Assembly (NCBI GenBank): GCA_963799845.1
Contig: CAWCYI010000001.1
Span: 1-64,000, forward strand
Origin: an uncultured Nitrososphaerota archaeon
Lineage (GTDB): Archaea > Thermoproteota > Nitrososphaeria > Nitrososphaerales > CADDZS01
Reading direction: 5' to 3'
Length of the DNA stretch: 64,000 bases
Translations under genes and position numbers: made by a program
Shown: piece after piece, positions 20,623-30,980 of the stretch
How positions within the stretch are numbered: position 1 is the first letter of the stretch
How the letters are laid out: the number at the start of each line of letters is the position of its first letter
Notes under the pieces: model-generated
The model's database searches: none
Told to the model about the DNA's origin: nothing
Seen by the model: the letters and a program-made list of their open reading frames with translations, nothing else

Positions 20623-20731
20623 ATGTCTCGAGGACTGGTCACTATTGTGATACCACATGCAATCGGAGGGATCAAGTGACTGTACTCTTGAGAAAATGAA
20701 AGGAGCTAAGTATCACAAGAAGTGTAGCTGA
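20623..20731 (+). pseudogene. Remnant of a GT2 glycosyltransferase N-terminus
   Basis: Restoring one base at the Pro codon gives MSRGLVTIVIPTCNRRDQVTVLLRK, matching the GT2 start motif VSIVIPTYNR; truncated before the DD motif. Confidence 0.5.
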
Positions 20732-21970
20732 ATGGTTGGAAGGGATGCTGTTAGTCAAGAATATCCACAGACACTTAAGCTCCTGACGCGAGGAAGGAAA
20801 AGCGGCCTGCCTCACATCGCAATTGTCCGGTTTGTTCTCTTGAATGGGGTGTACTATGTTATTGCGGGGAAGCGTCGGAGCGATTGGGCTCTCAACGCGA
20901 TCGTCTCGGGAGAAGCAACCATAAGAATAGGGGACTATTCACAGCAAGTGAAATGCGAAGTATTTTCTGACCGGGAGGAAGTATTGACGCTTTTCGCTCA
21001 GAGGTACGGAAGAAGGACCGTAGCGGATTGGTACGCAGATTCAGAGGTTTGTCTAAGACTAGTACCAATCGGTCAGCGGACAATCCGCGGAAGAATCCGA
21101 GGAGAGAACGAATCTGCTTTAGATTTCGAGTCCTGGAAGGGGAAGGGGGTGGGTTACTATTCAGCAGTGTCAGAAGCCTTTGATTCGGCATCTGAAGAGT
21201 ACGATTTTACAATCCGTCAGAACTTCATCAACGTCTGGATCAGAAATAGGTCGATAAAGGAAATTCTGTCTCTAACAAAGCCCGATGACGTGCTTCTGGA
21301 GATTGGCTGTGGAACAGGGGTCGAGGCTCTTCAGATCGCTAAGCATGTATCCCGAGTTGTGGCTACTGATATTTCTACAAAAATGATCTCGCTTCTGGAG
21401 CGGAAAGTTGAGGCAAGAGGGCTGTCTGGAAAAGTCGAAGCTATTCGAATCGGAGCCTCCGAGATAGGACGCGTTGTAGATTATCTCCCGCATCGGAAAG
21501 TTAGACTAGCTTATTCGCTTAACGGAGCACTGAACTGCGAATTGAAAATCCGCCAGTTTCCATACGAACTCTGGAAGATCACTGAACCTGGCGGCCTCTT
21601 TGTTTGTTCGATACGGAATACATTTTGTCTTTCTGAGGCTCTCGCTCACGCTGCAGTGCTTCAGTTTGACCGAATGGCTCCGCGGAAAAGGCAACCAGTA
21701 ATGGTCTCGGTGGGTGGGATGGACATTCCGTCGTACTACTATTCTCCCAAAGTGTTTGCGAAGATGTTTGAGCCCTATTTCACTGTGAATCGGATGATTG
21801 GGCTCCCGGCGTTTCTGCCTCCCGCTTACCTGAGCAGCATCTACGTTAGAATGAGAAAGGCTCTCTTTTTTGCAGAAAGAGCAGAGACAGCATTTGCTGG
21901 TTTTTTTCCGGTGAATCGAACGGGAGATCAGACACTATTGATATTCAAGCGGAGAGAACTATCCATTTAA
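20732..21970 (+). CDS. Fusion of a deazaflavin-dependent nitroreductase (DDN)-like domain and a class I SAM methyltransferase
   Basis: N-terminal LLTRGRKSGLPH..SDWALN; C-terminal AFDSASEEYD, LEIGCGTG, ATDIS. Confidence 0.8.
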   Translation: MVGRDAVSQEYPQTLKLLTRGRKSGLPHIAIVRFVLLNGVYYVIAGKRRSDWALNAIVSGEATIRIGDYSQQVKCEVFSDREEVLTLFAQRYGRRTVADWYADSEVCLRLVPIGQRTIRGRIRGENESALDFESWKGKGVGYYSAVSEAFDSASEEYDFTIRQNFINVWIRNRSIKEILSLTKPDDVLLEIGCGTGVEALQIAKHVSRVVATDISTKMISLLERKVEARGLSGKVEAIRIGASEIGRVVDYLPHRKVRLAYSLNGALNCELKIRQFPYELWKITEPGGLFVCSIRNTFCLSEALAHAAVLQFDRMAPRKRQPVMVSVGGMDIPSYYYSPKVFAKMFEPYFTVNRMIGLPAFLPPAYLSSIYVRMRKALFFAERAETAFAGFFPVNRTGDQTLLIFKRRELSI

Positions 21971-22148
21971 TGTTCTGACGGCATTGATATGTTATTCATA
22001 GTGCTCACCTGTTACCTCTAAAGATGCACAGAATGCGTAGTGTTTCCGAAAAGCTCGTACTCTTCGAAAATTTGTCTACTTTCCTTGATTAATTCTTTCA
22101 CACCCCACTCCAGAAGTCAGGATCTGCAAACGAATAAATTAGCTTAGA

Positions 22149-22511
22149 TTGCTTGAAGTTTCCTGTTCAAATTTGAAAATTAGCGATTGGCTTGGGAAAG
22201 TAGAATTTGAAAAAATCGTGTCTGAACCGGGCCCGCATGTTATTGTATTCGCTGCGAAATGGTGCGGTTTCTGTTCAAGGTTCATTGAACAAACAAGATC
22301 CTTAGAGAATCTGGCGAATGCCGAGATATATTTAATCGACGCAGATAACCCCGACGAATCATTATGGGATGATTTTTCGATTAAGATAGTGCCAACCTTA
22401 ATCGTCTTCAAGGATGGCAAAAGCATTTTCCGAAGAGACGGAAAGTCCGGCGCGGGATTAAGAATGTCCGATCTCGAGCAAGGGTTGACGGAACTACCTT
22501 CTCCCAGCTAG
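22149..22511 (+). CDS. trxA: Thioredoxin family protein
   Basis: FAAKWCGFC and IKIVPTLIVFKDGK. Confidence 0.88.
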   Translation: MLEVSCSNLKISDWLGKVEFEKIVSEPGPHVIVFAAKWCGFCSRFIEQTRSLENLANAEIYLIDADNPDESLWDDFSIKIVPTLIVFKDGKSIFRRDGKSGAGLRMSDLEQGLTELPSPS

Positions 22512-23344
22512 AAGTACCCAAGATAATAGTAGGAGAGCCCGACCACGATCATGGAGCCGGCTAGACCTATCATCCACCTTGTCTTATCCCAAGCAAATAC
22601 GCGGGTTCCGTCAAGTGATCCGAAAGGAATCATATTAATCAGAGCCAACCAGCCGTTGAACGAAGCAAGTTCCAAGGATATGGTTCCAAGGAAGACACCC
22701 GAAAATCGCGACAACACGAAAAGGAGCGAACCAAGAGCTATATTAAATCCGGGACCGACTAGCCCGATGGCACCCAAGACTTCCTTGCTTCCATTTCCTT
22801 GAATATTGACCTGACCGGGGGCCAAGAATTTGAATGGAAATACTGCACTGACCGCCGTCAACATTAGACCGTAAAGGTTTGCCCTAAATTCAGCCCAGAG
22901 TCCATGCCGTCGGGCAAGAAACTTGTGCGAGATTTCATGTCCCAGAAATGAAATAAGAAATCCTGGCACTGCCAATAGAAGGTAAGCTCCGGACGATGGA
23001 CCATGTAAGAGCAAAGAATTGGGAAGCCCCAGATCGATCGAAAGCCCGACCAATACCATGACCAATCCCGAAGCGAGAATGTGCTTCTCTTCCGTCTTGG
23101 AGAAGATTCCCGCATATCTCAGACGAAATCTTGACCCGCTGGAACGCACGTAAGGAATATTACGTTTGTCATTAGGAGCGGGATTGTAGCGACGAACCTG
23201 TGCGTAACCGGGCTGTTTAGGGCCACCTACTCGAGGACAAGCATGATTCTCCGGTAACCGATGCTCGCCGCAAAATGATTCTCCGCAATAATTGCAGCGG
23301 AAAGGGAGACCATCTTTCTCCTCTCCACAAAAATGGCACTGCAT
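22508..23344 (-). CDS. AN1-type zinc finger fused to an M50 (site-2) membrane metalloprotease
   Basis: CHFC..PFRCNYCGESFCGEHRLPENHAC; HEISH; NMIPFGSLDG; start at ATG 23344. Confidence 0.88.
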   Translation of the reverse strand: MQCHFCGEEKDGLPFRCNYCGESFCGEHRLPENHACPRVGGPKQPGYAQVRRYNPAPNDKRNIPYVRSSGSRFRLRYAGIFSKTEEKHILASGLVMVLVGLSIDLGLPNSLLLHGPSSGAYLLLAVPGFLISFLGHEISHKFLARRHGLWAEFRANLYGLMLTAVSAVFPFKFLAPGQVNIQGNGSKEVLGAIGLVGPGFNIALGSLLFVLSRFSGVFLGTISLELASFNGWLALINMIPFGSLDGTRVFAWDKTRWMIGLAGSMIVVGLSYYYLGYF

Positions 23345-23464
23345 TGAGTTCGGTAGACTCCCTTTGAACAGGCCACAATTCAGGAATTGAACGAAAAAAA
23401 GGATTCCGCTTGATCGGACCGGATCGAAAAGACTCAATAATCGTGATCGTCGATCCTTCTCCTC

Positions 23465-24361
23465 TTGCCTGCAACAGGGTTTGAACATTGGAACCTCGCG
23501 CTTCAGCACGACAGGAAATCCAATTTTGAGCTATCCAAGTTCGAATTGGCGGAAGCTGCTCGGACTTTTTTTGCGGAGGGAAGCGGACCCAAGACTGGCG
23601 TTGCACGAGCATATTTCGAGTACTCCACTTTGATGGACGCATTCACGGCTGTCCAAGAGGCAAGAATTTTGAAAGCCAAGTCGAGTTTTGATGAATCGCT
23701 CGAGAAATTCGTTAAAGCATCAGGGATTCTCAGGGCGACCGTTCACTTTGCTTATCTGGCGAGTTACATTTCGGGCTGCGCGGCCCTAGAAACTGCCGGG
23801 GAAATGGAAGATCGGGAGGATATGTTCCAAGGGTACAAGAATGCCATTGCGCTATTTGAGCAGTCGAAACTCGCGTTGAGTTTTAGAGATGAACGTCATC
23901 CTTCTCTACGTTCCATAGATGCACTCATCAAATTCACAATATCCCGTGCCCTAGTCCTCGAGTCTCAGATTTTATCCAACGAGGGTTCTTCGCTAGAATC
24001 CAGAAAGAAAATCGAACAATCTAGGAATGTAGAGGAGGATTTTATACTCCTGGCAGGCGGAAGTAAAATAGAGCCTTCCCGCTACAGGATAGATTACCTG
24101 CCGAAATATGACTGTGAAAGGGCCTTGGACGGAGCCTCGCTGACCGCATTTCCGGAAGCAAAATCACTATGGATCGGCAATGTTGGGAAGAATTCGGCTT
24201 TAGTCGAATCTCTTGGGAAAGACAAGATTGGCAAAACCATTGGTGCTTTCGATTCAATGACTCTGCCGATGAACAGTGATTTTCATGGCAGGTTAAGAAT
24301 TTCCTATATCGACGAATTAACAGAGAATCGATTCGATGAAGGTTGCCTAACTGTTATCTGA
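23465..24361 (+). CDS. Hypothetical protein, helical-repeat-like N-terminus
   Basis: 298-aa ORF with Ala/Glu-rich helices followed by a beta-rich C-terminus. Confidence 0.7.
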   Translation: MPATGFEHWNLALQHDRKSNFELSKFELAEAARTFFAEGSGPKTGVARAYFEYSTLMDAFTAVQEARILKAKSSFDESLEKFVKASGILRATVHFAYLASYISGCAALETAGEMEDREDMFQGYKNAIALFEQSKLALSFRDERHPSLRSIDALIKFTISRALVLESQILSNEGSSLESRKKIEQSRNVEEDFILLAGGSKIEPSRYRIDYLPKYDCERALDGASLTAFPEAKSLWIGNVGKNSALVESLGKDKIGKTIGAFDSMTLPMNSDFHGRLRISYIDELTENRFDEGCLTVI

Positions 24362-25312
24362 TTTTGAAATCTTTTGATAGACTCTACTGCTGGCATAAAT
24401 ATCCTGCAATGCAAACCCGACGGATTTGAAAAGGGTAGTCCCGGACTCATCTGTCCTCCCTTGCCGAGTCCCTGCCACGAGCTGGAACAAATCGCCTTTG
24501 ATCTCGCTCTCTTTCAATTTTCCTGAACGAACAGCATGTATTACATCTCCCGCATCATTCAACACTCCTTCTTTGGTATCGACAAACAACTCGGAATTTA
24601 CGATTGTATCGAGATCAAGCTCACGTCGATCGGGGAGAGTTCCGACGCTGTTAATATGCACATTCTTCGGAAGCTCTTCCCAACAAATTACTGGAGTGGA
24701 GGAATTGGTCGCAACATTAAGAATGTCAACCTCTTCAGAAACCGACTTTCGGTCTTTTACGGCATCAATTTCAATGCCGAGCTTATCGGACATTTCGGCT
24801 GCGAACAGATTCGAGTTCTTAGGATCTCTGCTGTAGACTTTGGCACGATCGATTTTTCTTACCACGCACGCCGCTTCGAGCATAGATCTCGCTTGCTGCC
24901 CTGACCCTATCGAACCCACCTCACGGGAATCAACTCTCGACAGGTACTTCGTCGCAAGCCCTGCTACGGCTCCGGTTCGAATGGAAGTGATCGTCGGCGA
25001 ATCAAGCAGTGCAATAATCGAAGAATTTCTCGAATTCATGAGAACAGTCAATCCGCCCTGAACTGGCAAGGAATTCTTCTCTGGATTTCTCTTGTATTCC
25101 GAGACAATCTTTACGGCGAACATTCCGAGCCTATCCGAAAAAGAGGGCATTGTTAGAATCACAGATTCGTCGTCAATGTGAGTAACGACTCGTTTTGGCT
25201 GACGAATCATGGAAGATTCTTCATTAGCATAAAGCTCCTTCATGGCATCAATACACTCCGTCATCTTTAGATTCGCGCGGACTTTTTCGGCGTCGATAAA
25301 TAGAATGTTCAT
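24347..25312 (-). CDS. Ornithine cyclodeaminase / mu-crystallin family (archaeal alanine dehydrogenase-like)
   Basis: TMP, VKIVS, ITSIRTGA, GSGQQA, HINSVG, FKSVGFALQD. Confidence 0.92.
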   Translation of the reverse strand: MNILFIDAEKVRANLKMTECIDAMKELYANEESSMIRQPKRVVTHIDDESVILTMPSFSDRLGMFAVKIVSEYKRNPEKNSLPVQGGLTVLMNSRNSSIIALLDSPTITSIRTGAVAGLATKYLSRVDSREVGSIGSGQQARSMLEAACVVRKIDRAKVYSRDPKNSNLFAAEMSDKLGIEIDAVKDRKSVSEEVDILNVATNSSTPVICWEELPKNVHINSVGTLPDRRELDLDTIVNSELFVDTKEGVLNDAGDVIHAVRSGKLKESEIKGDLFQLVAGTRQGRTDESGTTLFKSVGFALQDIYASSRVYQKISKSDNS

Positions 25313-25503
25313 CTAAACTCTTCGTTTCCTCATTTTCATTTTACGGTTTGTGCCGATTTCTTGCAGAAATGACCCATTCCCGAACGATATAGGGAAACAA
25401 GGGATTATCCGATGCAGCACACTAAGGTCGTTCAACCCAAAACCGTTATTACCAAAATCCTCATTCTTTGAATTATTTGTTCTAGAAGGTTGTTTTGCTC
25501 TAA

Positions 25504-26950
25504 ATGAGTTCGCAGAGTTCCGATCAGAATCTAACCTCAGCCGTGGTCGTAGTTGGTTCGGGTCCTGGCGGCTACGTTGCAGCCATAAGGTTAGCCCAAT
25601 TGGGGAAATCCGTCATAGTCGTTGAGAGGGAAAAAATCGGAGGGGTTTGCTTGAACGTTGGCTGCATTCCTAGCAAAGCAATCATTTCGGTGAGCAAGCT
25701 CGCGAAAAACGCTCGTAATGGCGCGACAATGGGAATCGATGCAAGTGTCAGCATAAACATCGCCAATCTTCAGGAATGGAAGCAAACCGTCGTAGGAAAA
25801 CTTACCGGAGGAGTTTCACAGCTTCTAAAGTCGTACAAGGTCCCAGTGGTTCACGGTACTGCCAGGTTTATTTCATCGAGAAGGATTGCCGTTGAACAAC
25901 CCGAAGGACAAGTCTCGAAAACAATCAATATAGACTTTGAACAGGCAATTGTTGCAACCGGATCCTCTCCAATCGAAATTCCTAGCTTAAAGTTTGATGG
26001 GAAGAGAATTATCAGTAGCACAGAAGCGTTGTCCTTGACTGCTCCCCCGAAAAAACTTTTGATTGTTGGAGGCGGCGTCATCGGGCTTGAAATTGGGATG
26101 GCTTATGCCAACCTGTTTGGAACGGAGCTAATAATTGTTGAACTGTTAGACCAGCTACTGCCCGGGGTTGACCTGGACCTCGTCAATGTCGTAACTAGAT
26201 CGCTCCAAAAACTCAATGCAAAGATCTATCTGAAGAGCAAAGTGAAGAGTGGCCTTCCCACTTCTGATGGTGTTAAGGTAGTATTTGAGACTCCCGATGG
26301 CAAGGAATTGACGACTGATGTTGATTACGTTCTTGTTTCAGTAGGTCGAAAACCGAATTCTACTGGATTGGGATTGGAAATCGTCGGTGTGGAAGTCGAT
26401 CAGAAAGGATTTGTCAAAGCAGACAAACAACTCAGAACTACCGTGCCTAATGTTTTTGCAATCGGAGATGTGGTAGGTGGCCCTCTGCTCGCGCATAAAG
26501 CAACCAAGGAAGGGATCATCGCGGCGGAAGTTATTGCAGGTCTAAACAGACTCCTTTGACAATATTGCTATGCCTTCTGCTATCTTCACCGATCCTGAGA
26601 TAGCAGTGGTCGGAATGACAAGCGCCGAAGCCACCTCCAAGGGGATTCAGACCAAAACAGGCAAGTTTCCATTCATCGCTAACGGCAAGGCACTTGCCTC
26701 ATCGGAAACTGATGGATTCACGAAAATCATTGCGGAAAAGGAATCGGGGCGCGTACTTGGAGTTGGAATCGTTGGTCTGGAAGCCTCTGATTTGATCAGC
26801 GAGGCTACCTTGGCGATAGAGATGGGTGCAACTCTCGAAGACATCGCGCTTACAATCCATCCGCACCCCACTCTCCCAGAAACAATCATGGAGGCAGCCG
26901 AGAATGCACTCGGAAGAGCGATTCACATCCAAAACAGACCGGTATCATAA
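25504..26950 (+). CDS. lpdA: Dihydrolipoyl dehydrogenase (E3), frameshifted near 26545
   Basis: GSGPGGYVAA, GGVCLNVGCIPSK, GGGVIGLE, LLAHKA, FTDPEIA, HPHPTLPE. Confidence 0.95.
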
Positions 26951-26964
26951 AAGGTCGCCTATTC

Positions 26965-27654
26965 TTGGAAAGTCAGCAACAACGCCCTAAGAATCCGGGT
27001 TTACTTTACGACCTAGGTTTTGAAAGAGATTACAACGCAGTCTGGCAGTTTCAAAAGCTTCTTGTGGAAAAGAGAATTGCGTGCGAAATCCCGGATAGCC
27101 TCGTCCTCGTTGAGCACGACCACGTTCTGACATTGGGAAGAAGTTCGCATTTTGATAATATCCTGGTTGAGGGGCTCCCGAAGTTTGAGATAGAAAGGGG
27201 TGGCGATGTAACATATCATGGTCCTGGTCAACTGGTCGTTTACCCCATTATTTCATTGCAGGAAAGATCCCTGGGAGTGAGACAGTATGTGGAGTTGCTC
27301 GAAGCCATTATTTCGGACACTCTCGATTATTTCGAGCTAAGATCGAATGGGAAGCTCGGTCAACTTACCGGAGTCTGGATTGATGACAAACGTAAAATCG
27401 CGAGCATCGGGGTCGCCGCGTCGCACTGGGTAACCTACCACGGTTTTGCATTGAACGTCAATACAGACCTGACCTATTTTCAGAAGATCAAGCCCTGCGG
27501 ATTTGAATCCGGGATTATGACCTCGGTGAGAAAAGAACTCGGCCGCGAAACTGTCGATATGAGCGAGGTGAAAAAATTGATACTCAAGGCCTCATCTGAA
27601 CGATTTCAGCTTGATTTCGAAGGCGCGGACGCGAATTTCCACCCGGTTATTTGA
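26965..27654 (+). CDS. lipB: Lipoyl(octanoyl) transferase
   Basis: EHDHVLTLGR, RGGDVTYHGPGQLVVYP, KIASIG, HGFALNV, PCG. Confidence 0.95.
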   Translation: MESQQQRPKNPGLLYDLGFERDYNAVWQFQKLLVEKRIACEIPDSLVLVEHDHVLTLGRSSHFDNILVEGLPKFEIERGGDVTYHGPGQLVVYPIISLQERSLGVRQYVELLEAIISDTLDYFELRSNGKLGQLTGVWIDDKRKIASIGVAASHWVTYHGFALNVNTDLTYFQKIKPCGFESGIMTSVRKELGRETVDMSEVKKLILKASSERFQLDFEGADANFHPVI

Positions 27655-27721
27655 CAACAAACTTAAAGTTACTCGATCGGGGAGTATTACCACTTCTCAG
27701 TAGTAACGATAGCATTCGTAG

Positions 27722-28681
27722 TTGCTCAGAATAATGCAAAGTGTAGCTCCTCCGAAAAAGGTCAGCAAGCTGGAAATCTTTCTCCGCTTAACTCGCGCTC
27801 AATTCATTCCACTCATAATTCTCCCTTCTGCTGTAGGAACCGCTTATGCGTTCAAAACGACGAATTCTTTCAATCTCGGCTATTTTGCACTGGTTATTCT
27901 GGGAGTTGCACTCCTCCACCTCGGCGCGAACGCAATTGACGATTGCTATGATTATCAGAACGGCGTTGACGGAATTGCCAACTCCATTTTTCCCAAAGAT
28001 TTCGGTGGTTGGAAACCTATTCCGAGAGGTCTGTTATCGCTGAGGGATGCCAAGATCATTTCCTATCTCCTGTTCGCAGGCAGCCTGTTAATTTCGGTCT
28101 ACTTTTCCATTGTCGTCGGGTACTGGTCTTTTGTATTTGCAATCTCTGGAATATTACTTGCGATATTTTACACAGCACCTCCTGTGAAGCTGGATTACAG
28201 GGGCAAAGGACTGGGGGAGGTAGCCATCCTTCTCGCTTTCGGGCCGATTCCTGTACTTGGATCGTTCTATGTCCAGACTGGCGCGTTGAATCTTTCGGCG
28301 TTTCTGATTTCCATCGCGGTCGGAATAATGACTGTGACTATACTCATAGACCACGATTTGATTTTCTACGAGGTTTACATCAAAGCTCGAAAATTCAGTC
28401 TCGGAGCAATCTTGGGAAGATCGAGAGCCCTTTCGACTTCGCTCTATCTTACGCTGGTCGCTTATGGATTAATCATCGTACTTATTGCGCTCAAGACATT
28501 GCCGGTGATCAGCGTGGCGGCCCCGATCGCGTCTGCTTTGGTTCTTTCAAGAAAGCTTGGGACCCTGAAAAAGCCCTCGGAACCACCTCCATTCTACGTG
28601 TCGTTCACAGCGAACGCACTAGTCTCCGACTGGATATTCTCGCTCGTTCTCGCGTTGTCGCTTGTGATTCCGTTGCATTAG
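27722..28681 (+). CDS. menA: UbiA-family prenyltransferase, MenA-like
   Basis: LHLGANAIDDCYDYQNGVD, YTAPP..YRG.GLGE; multiple TM segments. Confidence 0.75.
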   Translation: MLRIMQSVAPPKKVSKLEIFLRLTRAQFIPLIILPSAVGTAYAFKTTNSFNLGYFALVILGVALLHLGANAIDDCYDYQNGVDGIANSIFPKDFGGWKPIPRGLLSLRDAKIISYLLFAGSLLISVYFSIVVGYWSFVFAISGILLAIFYTAPPVKLDYRGKGLGEVAILLAFGPIPVLGSFYVQTGALNLSAFLISIAVGIMTVTILIDHDLIFYEVYIKARKFSLGAILGRSRALSTSLYLTLVAYGLIIVLIALKTLPVISVAAPIASALVLSRKLGTLKKPSEPPPFYVSFTANALVSDWIFSLVLALSLVIPLH

Positions 28682-28683
28682 AT

Positions 28684-29985
28684 TCAGATGAAACTGACTC
28701 CGTCCATCATTAGCAAGCCCGGATTTTCTAAAATGGAAATCAAATTCGTGGTGAATCTGGCTGCATCAGCCCCATCCACGACCCGATGATCGAAAGATAG
28801 CGATACAAAAGATACGTCACGGATTACTATTTTATCATCCCTCACCACGGGTTTTTTCTGAATCTTGTGAACCCCCAATATCGCCACCTCGGGGCTGTTG
28901 ATTATTGGAGTAGATATCATTCCGCCCAGTGTGCCAATGTTTGTAATCGTGAAAGTTCCACCCTGAATTTCTTCAAGGGCTATCTTTCCGTCTCTTGCCT
29001 TTTCCGAAAGATCGCCGAGCTCTCGCGCGATTTCGAAGATGCTCTTCTTGTCGACATCCTTCACTACCGGCACGATTAGCCCGTTGGGAGTATCTGTTGC
29101 AAAGCCTATGTTGTAATAGTGTTTGAGAATAATCTCTTGCTTTTCCTCATCGATTGAGGAGTTGAAGTATGGAAACTCTTTGAGGGAGGACACTGCCGCC
29201 TTCATGATGAAGGGGAGAAAAGTTAGCTTGACGTTTTGCTTTTCAGCAACTGGTTTAGCTTTTTCTCTTAGGGCAATTAGTTGAGTAAAATCAATTTCAT
29301 CAACGTGAGTTACATGAGCGGCGGTGTGGACGGATCTTGCCATCTTTTCCGAGATCCTCTTTCTGATTCCGTGGATCGGCACGTGTTCCTCTCTTTCCAA
29401 TTGGAACTTGGCTGAGGTCGTTTGCCTCATTGGAACCGATTGAGGTCTAACGACTTGAGTTTGAGGCTGTTGGAACGGTGGTTGTAGAGCCGGGCGCTCG
29501 GAAAAAACTGCCTTGTACCCCGCGCTGTTGGCTGCTTTTCGAATGTCTTCTTCGGTTATTCTTCCGCTGGGGCCCGATCCTGGAATCGACTCAATGTTGA
29601 CATTCAGATCTCTTGCAAGCTTTCTCGTCGCGGGGGTGGCGACTACTCCGACCCCTGGGGTTCTTATCGGCGCAGCGTTCTGTTGCACTGCGCTTGAAGG
29701 AGTCGCTTGCGAAATATTCGCTTTCTGCACTTGAGCCGTTGATCCGCCGGCTTCATCAAATGTGACCAGGACATCACCGACCTTCACGGCCTGACCCTCT
29801 TTGCTCATTATCTTCCCGACTTTGCCCGTTGTTGGCGAGGGAATCTGAACAGTTGCCTTATCGGTCATGACCTCGACCATAGGCTGGTCTTCGTTTATCG
29901 AATCTCCCTCATTAACCAGCCATTTTACAATTTCACCCTCAGCGACGCCTTCGCCGAGATCGGGCAACTTGAATTCTCTTGTCAA
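28684..29985 (-). CDS. pdhC: 2-oxoacid dehydrogenase E2 (dihydrolipoamide acyltransferase)
   Basis: LPDLGEGVAEGEI, lipoyl lysine VMTDKA, ATPATRKLAR, FDHRVVDG. Confidence 0.93.
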   Translation of the reverse strand: MTREFKLPDLGEGVAEGEIVKWLVNEGDSINEDQPMVEVMTDKATVQIPSPTTGKVGKIMSKEGQAVKVGDVLVTFDEAGGSTAQVQKANISQATPSSAVQQNAAPIRTPGVGVVATPATRKLARDLNVNIESIPGSGPSGRITEEDIRKAANSAGYKAVFSERPALQPPFQQPQTQVVRPQSVPMRQTTSAKFQLEREEHVPIHGIRKRISEKMARSVHTAAHVTHVDEIDFTQLIALREKAKPVAEKQNVKLTFLPFIMKAAVSSLKEFPYFNSSIDEEKQEIILKHYYNIGFATDTPNGLIVPVVKDVDKKSIFEIARELGDLSEKARDGKIALEEIQGGTFTITNIGTLGGMISTPIINSPEVAILGVHKIQKKPVVRDDKIVIRDVSFVSLSFDHRVVDGADAARFTTNLISILENPGLLMMDGVSFI

Positions 29986-30399
29986 CTAGAAACAGATAAA
30001 CTCCGATGTCTCATACAAGAACATCCACTCTTATCAGTTTTTCAAAAGAGAAGACGACAAACCTAGATACCGAATCGCTGAAACTAACTGTGAGTTTTCT
30101 TAACGCCATGCCTAGAATCTGGCTGGGAAGACAATATTTCGGTATTCACGATTTTGGAAGATGGATCGAACGAAATTTCCATTTCATACTCCTTCCAATA
30201 CTTATCAATCATTCTGTATCAGAAGAGCATTCTTGATCCACTGCATCTACCCTGCCCGCTCGTTATCGCCGAGAATTTTTCTTTCCTTCGAGAGGTACGC
30301 ATCAGAACACGAATAGTATGCAATATGCGAAGGAAACATCCGAGGTAATCTCTGAAGGGACGTCGTAGGATTCGAGCGATCATCAAGAATTACTATAAG

Positions 30400-30924
30400 T
30401 CAGGAGATCTTTTTCAATCCCTTCTTGTATCGCGAACATAGCTCCGCATACTTTTGTTTGTAAAACGACCAGATTTTCTTGTCTTCCTCCGAAACGTCCC
30501 GAATTTCTCGCGCCGGCATTCCGACGTAGACCTTACCGTCTGGCACATTCATCCTGGAGGTCACCACCGCACCTTCGCCCACGATCGCCCAGACTCCAAC
30601 TACCGCGTAATCACAGACTCTTGACCCGAGACCGATCACCGCAAAGTTTTTGATCTCGCAATTATGAAGGACCGAGCCGTGCCCGACTTGGACATCATTT
30701 CCGATCACACATGATTCTCCTGCACGGGCATGAATCACACTATTTTCCTGGATTGATGATCGATTCCCCACTCTCACTGAACCGTAGTCACCACGAAGTA
30801 CAGCTCCCGCGCCGATGAAGCAGCTATCGCCTATTTCTACGTCCCCAATCACAGTTGCGGTGTCGAGAACATAGGACGACGGGGAAATTCGCGGGACTTT
30901 TTGCTCGAATTCGTAAATTGCCAA
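30400..30924 (-). CDS. Gamma carbonic anhydrase family protein
   Basis: Hexapeptide repeats, LRGD, IQENSVIH, VGH..VLH. Confidence 0.92.
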   Translation of the reverse strand: MAIYEFEQKVPRISPSSYVLDTATVIGDVEIGDSCFIGAGAVLRGDYGSVRVGNRSSIQENSVIHARAGESCVIGNDVQVGHGSVLHNCEIKNFAVIGLGSRVCDYAVVGVWAIVGEGAVVTSRMNVPDGKVYVGMPAREIRDVSEEDKKIWSFYKQKYAELCSRYKKGLKKIS

Positions 30925-30980
30925 ACCATGAGGTGGAGAGAATTGCCAGAGTCTAAGTCTTTCGGAAATTCGTAAAGGTA

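Noticed and set aside
30006-30390. Short ORFs between the E2 and gamma carbonic anhydrase genes
   Set aside because: Several short frames on both strands with no motif; no coding frame could be chosen
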